DNA of 64,000 nucleotides from Eledone cirrhosa (taxonomy: Eukaryota). Below, one piece after another: positions 61,151-64,000 of the stretch; the stretch's first letter is position 1, and each line of letters begins with the position of its first letter. The notes under the pieces are model-generated. The model saw only the letters and a list, made by a program, of their open reading frames with translations, ran no database searches and was not told where the DNA came from. Where the stretch lies: contig OZ024744.1 of the NCBI GenBank assembly GCA_964016885.1, positions 78,182,001 through 78,246,000 of the forward strand, in the 5' to 3' direction. Position numbers and translations under genes: made by a program.

Positions 61151-63206
61151 CAGGGGTCGGCAACCTTTTGGAGAGAGAGAGATAGCCAAACAGCTATGCA
61201 GTGTCATGGAGGAGGGTCATGTTATTAAATATGTAAATAAATTTTCTGGAAGTTTAAAGCAAAACAAGGAATTTAATATAATTTTATTTTAACAAGTCCC
61301 CTGCAGGAATAACAAAGAAAAAGAAAAAAAAAACTACAAACACATTCAAAAAAAAAAAAAAGCAAATTCATTATTTTACTGCAGGAATAACAGAAAAACA
61401 ACTACTATCAGAATCAACAAAAAAAAAAGCAAATTCCTTGATACAAACGAAATACAGTTAGAAATGGTAAATGATTTAATGAGACACTTGTTTCTGCTTA
61501 TTGTGTGATAACTTCTCCACATCAGGTGAAATATTTGTCGATGACAGGAGCAAAACATCATCCAGGTGGTCGTCACGCAACCTTGTTCTTAAATGACTTT
61601 TAGTATATTTCATTTTGGAAAAAAGTTGTTCACAAGCATATGTACTTCCAAATAATGATATCATCAGTTTCGCATTAGTCAAGATGTTTTTATATTTTCT
61701 GCTTGGCAATATATATATCTTGTAGAAGTCAGCAGTGGATTCAAACTGAAATTCGATTTCAAAGATTCGTCGCACTGTAAGTCAATTAACTCCAATTGAT
61801 ATTCTTCTGCCACTTGCTCCACATCTGTTTCGTAAGGAGTACCAAATAACTTAAATAGAGTTCCATATTGCCGGAAGTCAGCAAAACGAGAGGAAAGTTC
61901 GCTTCTCAAATCCTTAATAGAGCTCACAAAGATGTCTGGTATTGTATCTCTGTTGTGATTTTGGAGACTTGGGAAATGAGAGTAGTTTCCTTTTTGAAGT
62001 TGTGATTCCCACAGTCGAAGTTTTCTCTCAAAAGCAGTAATTTGACCAAACATCTCAAATACAATCTTGTTCTTTCCTTGAAGCTCAAGATTCAAAGTGT
62101 TCATGTGGGTCGTGATGTCCACTAAAAAACTTGACAACCCACTGTGGATCCTGAAAGTAAGAATTATCTTTGTCTTTGCTCTCTAAAAATTTAAAAATCT
62201 CTTCTCTCAATGCATATATACTTGTTCTATCATTTTTCCGCGGCTAAGCCATCAAACATTTGAAAATATGTAAGGTCGCCATACTCTGCTTCAATTTGTT
62301 TTGAAACAGGCGGTGATTTAGTCTTCTTGACAGTATAAAATTCACTGTTTTCACGACCACTGCCATGATGTCCTTAAAATTCAGTGACTTTGCACATAAT
62401 GCTTCTTGATGAATAATGCAATGAAGTTTGATTAATTTTTGATCAATACCGATGTGGTTTTGGAGCAATGCAACAAACCCCTTTTTCTCTCCGACCATTG
62501 CTGGTGGTCCATCTGTGATTACTCCAGAAAGCTTTCATAAATCCAGATTCATTTCGGTAATCCATTTTATTATGCTTTCCAAAATATCTGCTCCAGTGCT
62601 AGTGTCCTTCATAAGAATCAATTGTACAAATTCTTCCACAATATCAAATGTTGGTGTTACACCCCTCACAAACACTGCAAGTTGACAAGTATCCTTCATA
62701 TCTGTGGTTTCATCGATAACAATGGAATTATACTCCAGATTATTTAAAATGCCCTTCAAGCCACTTCTGACATTTGCTGCCAGCTCTTCAATTTGCCTTG
62801 TTACTGTTCTTGCTGATAAGCTGATCGCAGAAAATAATTCCCTTTTATCTGGACAAACAACATCTGCTACCTTCAACAATAATTCTTTTTTCATCCTTTC
62901 TGCAATTAGTTTTGACACCTCGTAGCTAGCACGAGTGTTTCAGTCACTTTCTTCAACTTTTCTAGTGAAAAAGGATGATTGCTTTGTTACATTATTTCTC
63001 AGCCATGCAACTTCGTTTACTCGTGCTTTTCCAGTAAAACTGTTGTAATGATTATGACGAGTTTCATAGTGCCGTTTCAAGGCAATGGTTTTTTGATAAA
63101 TTAAGCAAACACATTTTCCGAAGTGCTCAATGAAAAAATAGCTAAGTGTCCAGCCATCGTTAAAAGTTCGGCACTCCAAATCCACTTTTCTTTTCTTAGC
63201 TTCCAT
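61151..63206 (-). mobile_element. hAT (Buster/Charlie group) DNA transposon; one TIR visible, other end not found
   Basis: TIR CAGGGGTCGGCAACC preceded by TA-centred 8-mer GTCTATAC; contains a transposase remnant. Confidence 0.85.
61476..63206 (-). pseudogene. Frameshifted hAT transposase (GTF2IRD2/EPM2AIP1-like)
   Basis: five ORF pieces: MEAKKRKVDLECRTF..CVCLI..LKRHYETRH; SLSARTVTR..IDETTD..QLAVFVR; LHCIIHQEALC; LNLELQGK; FGSTYACEQLFSKMK..RTRL. Confidence 0.93.
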
Positions 63207-64000
63207 GGGCTTGTTTTTGTTCAAACAAAAAAGATTTATGGAAAGGAAAAAGAACAAAAAGTATAATAATCAGAATGAAGAAATAAGAAACAATGAAAAC
63301 AAATGTAAATGCAAATACAGTAATACGATAAAATATGATAATTGTGAATAAATTATATAAAACCAGGTTTCTAACGACGTTGTTAGATCAGGGTTGCCAT
63401 TTGTTTTTTTAAACCACTTTTGGCCTAATTCTAATAATAATAATTCACACAATTTATCACAAATAATTAAATAACCGTTATTATCGAATAAAGATACCTA
63501 CTGTATAGTTATTATACCACTAGACAACAAACTCAAATGAAAATACTCTGGAGAGGAGGGAACGAAGTAATTTTTCCAAGGACAACTTTACCTTGTACGG
63601 GGGGCACAGGTAAGGTCAGGCAAACGAAGACGACAATAATTCACGAGTGATTTTATTGAATGACAAAATGGGTATAAAAGCGAGTCATGTGAAACGTAAG
63701 GTAGTATACCTTCCAGTCGCTGACGAAAATTCATACTTCCAGTCAACATTTCTGTTTGCTGACTGGAACAAAAACACATACATGAAATCACAGGAAATAA
63801 TAATACAGGTGATATAATGCTTGGCGGAGAGTCCAGAAAAAGATGGATAAGAGGAAATAATAATAAATGGAAAATATAATAAGGTTTAAAGGTATCTGTA
63901 AATATATACGGTATGAGCAGCGATTTGTGATGGGTATCAGGTCGGCACAACCTTGAAGTGAACTACTGTATCTGTATTCGATACTAATTAGATAATTAGT

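Noticed and set aside
61476-63257. Domesticated GTF2IRD2/ZBED-like host gene
   Set aside because: Multiple frameshifts and stops plus a flanking TIR indicate a decayed transposon
63588-63950. 120-aa minus-strand ORF
   Set aside because: No recognisable motif and non-ATG start; likely transposon subterminal or intergenic DNA

Overview
This is AT-rich, repeat-dense animal genomic DNA, not a prokaryotic window. The SINE, LINE and microsatellite repertoire looks like an octopus/coleoid cephalopod (inference). The only host gene I can support is the 3' part of EXOC8 (exocyst Exo84) on the + strand. It has 10 GT-AG coding exons between 359 and 42747 that splice in frame to 457 aa plus stop; the N-terminal exons lie upstream of the window. 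Introns and the downstream region are filled with mobile DNA: RTE LINEs with a PHD-type zinc finger inside the RT region, R4/Dong-type RLE LINEs in (TAA)n, Tx1/L1 and CR1 fragments, tRNA SINEs, non-autonomous Helitrons, piggyBac/hAT/Tc1 MITEs and a decayed hAT transposase. There are also several minisatellites. The most notable hidden signal is a set of hammerhead-ribozyme (HHR) motifs tied to Penelope-like element remnants in (TA)n tracts. One has a compensatory U3-A8 core and lies downstream of a GIY-YIG fragment missed by the ORF track; two others are minimal HHRs in tandem 449 nt apart. All family calls come from recalled motifs; no search or folding program was run.
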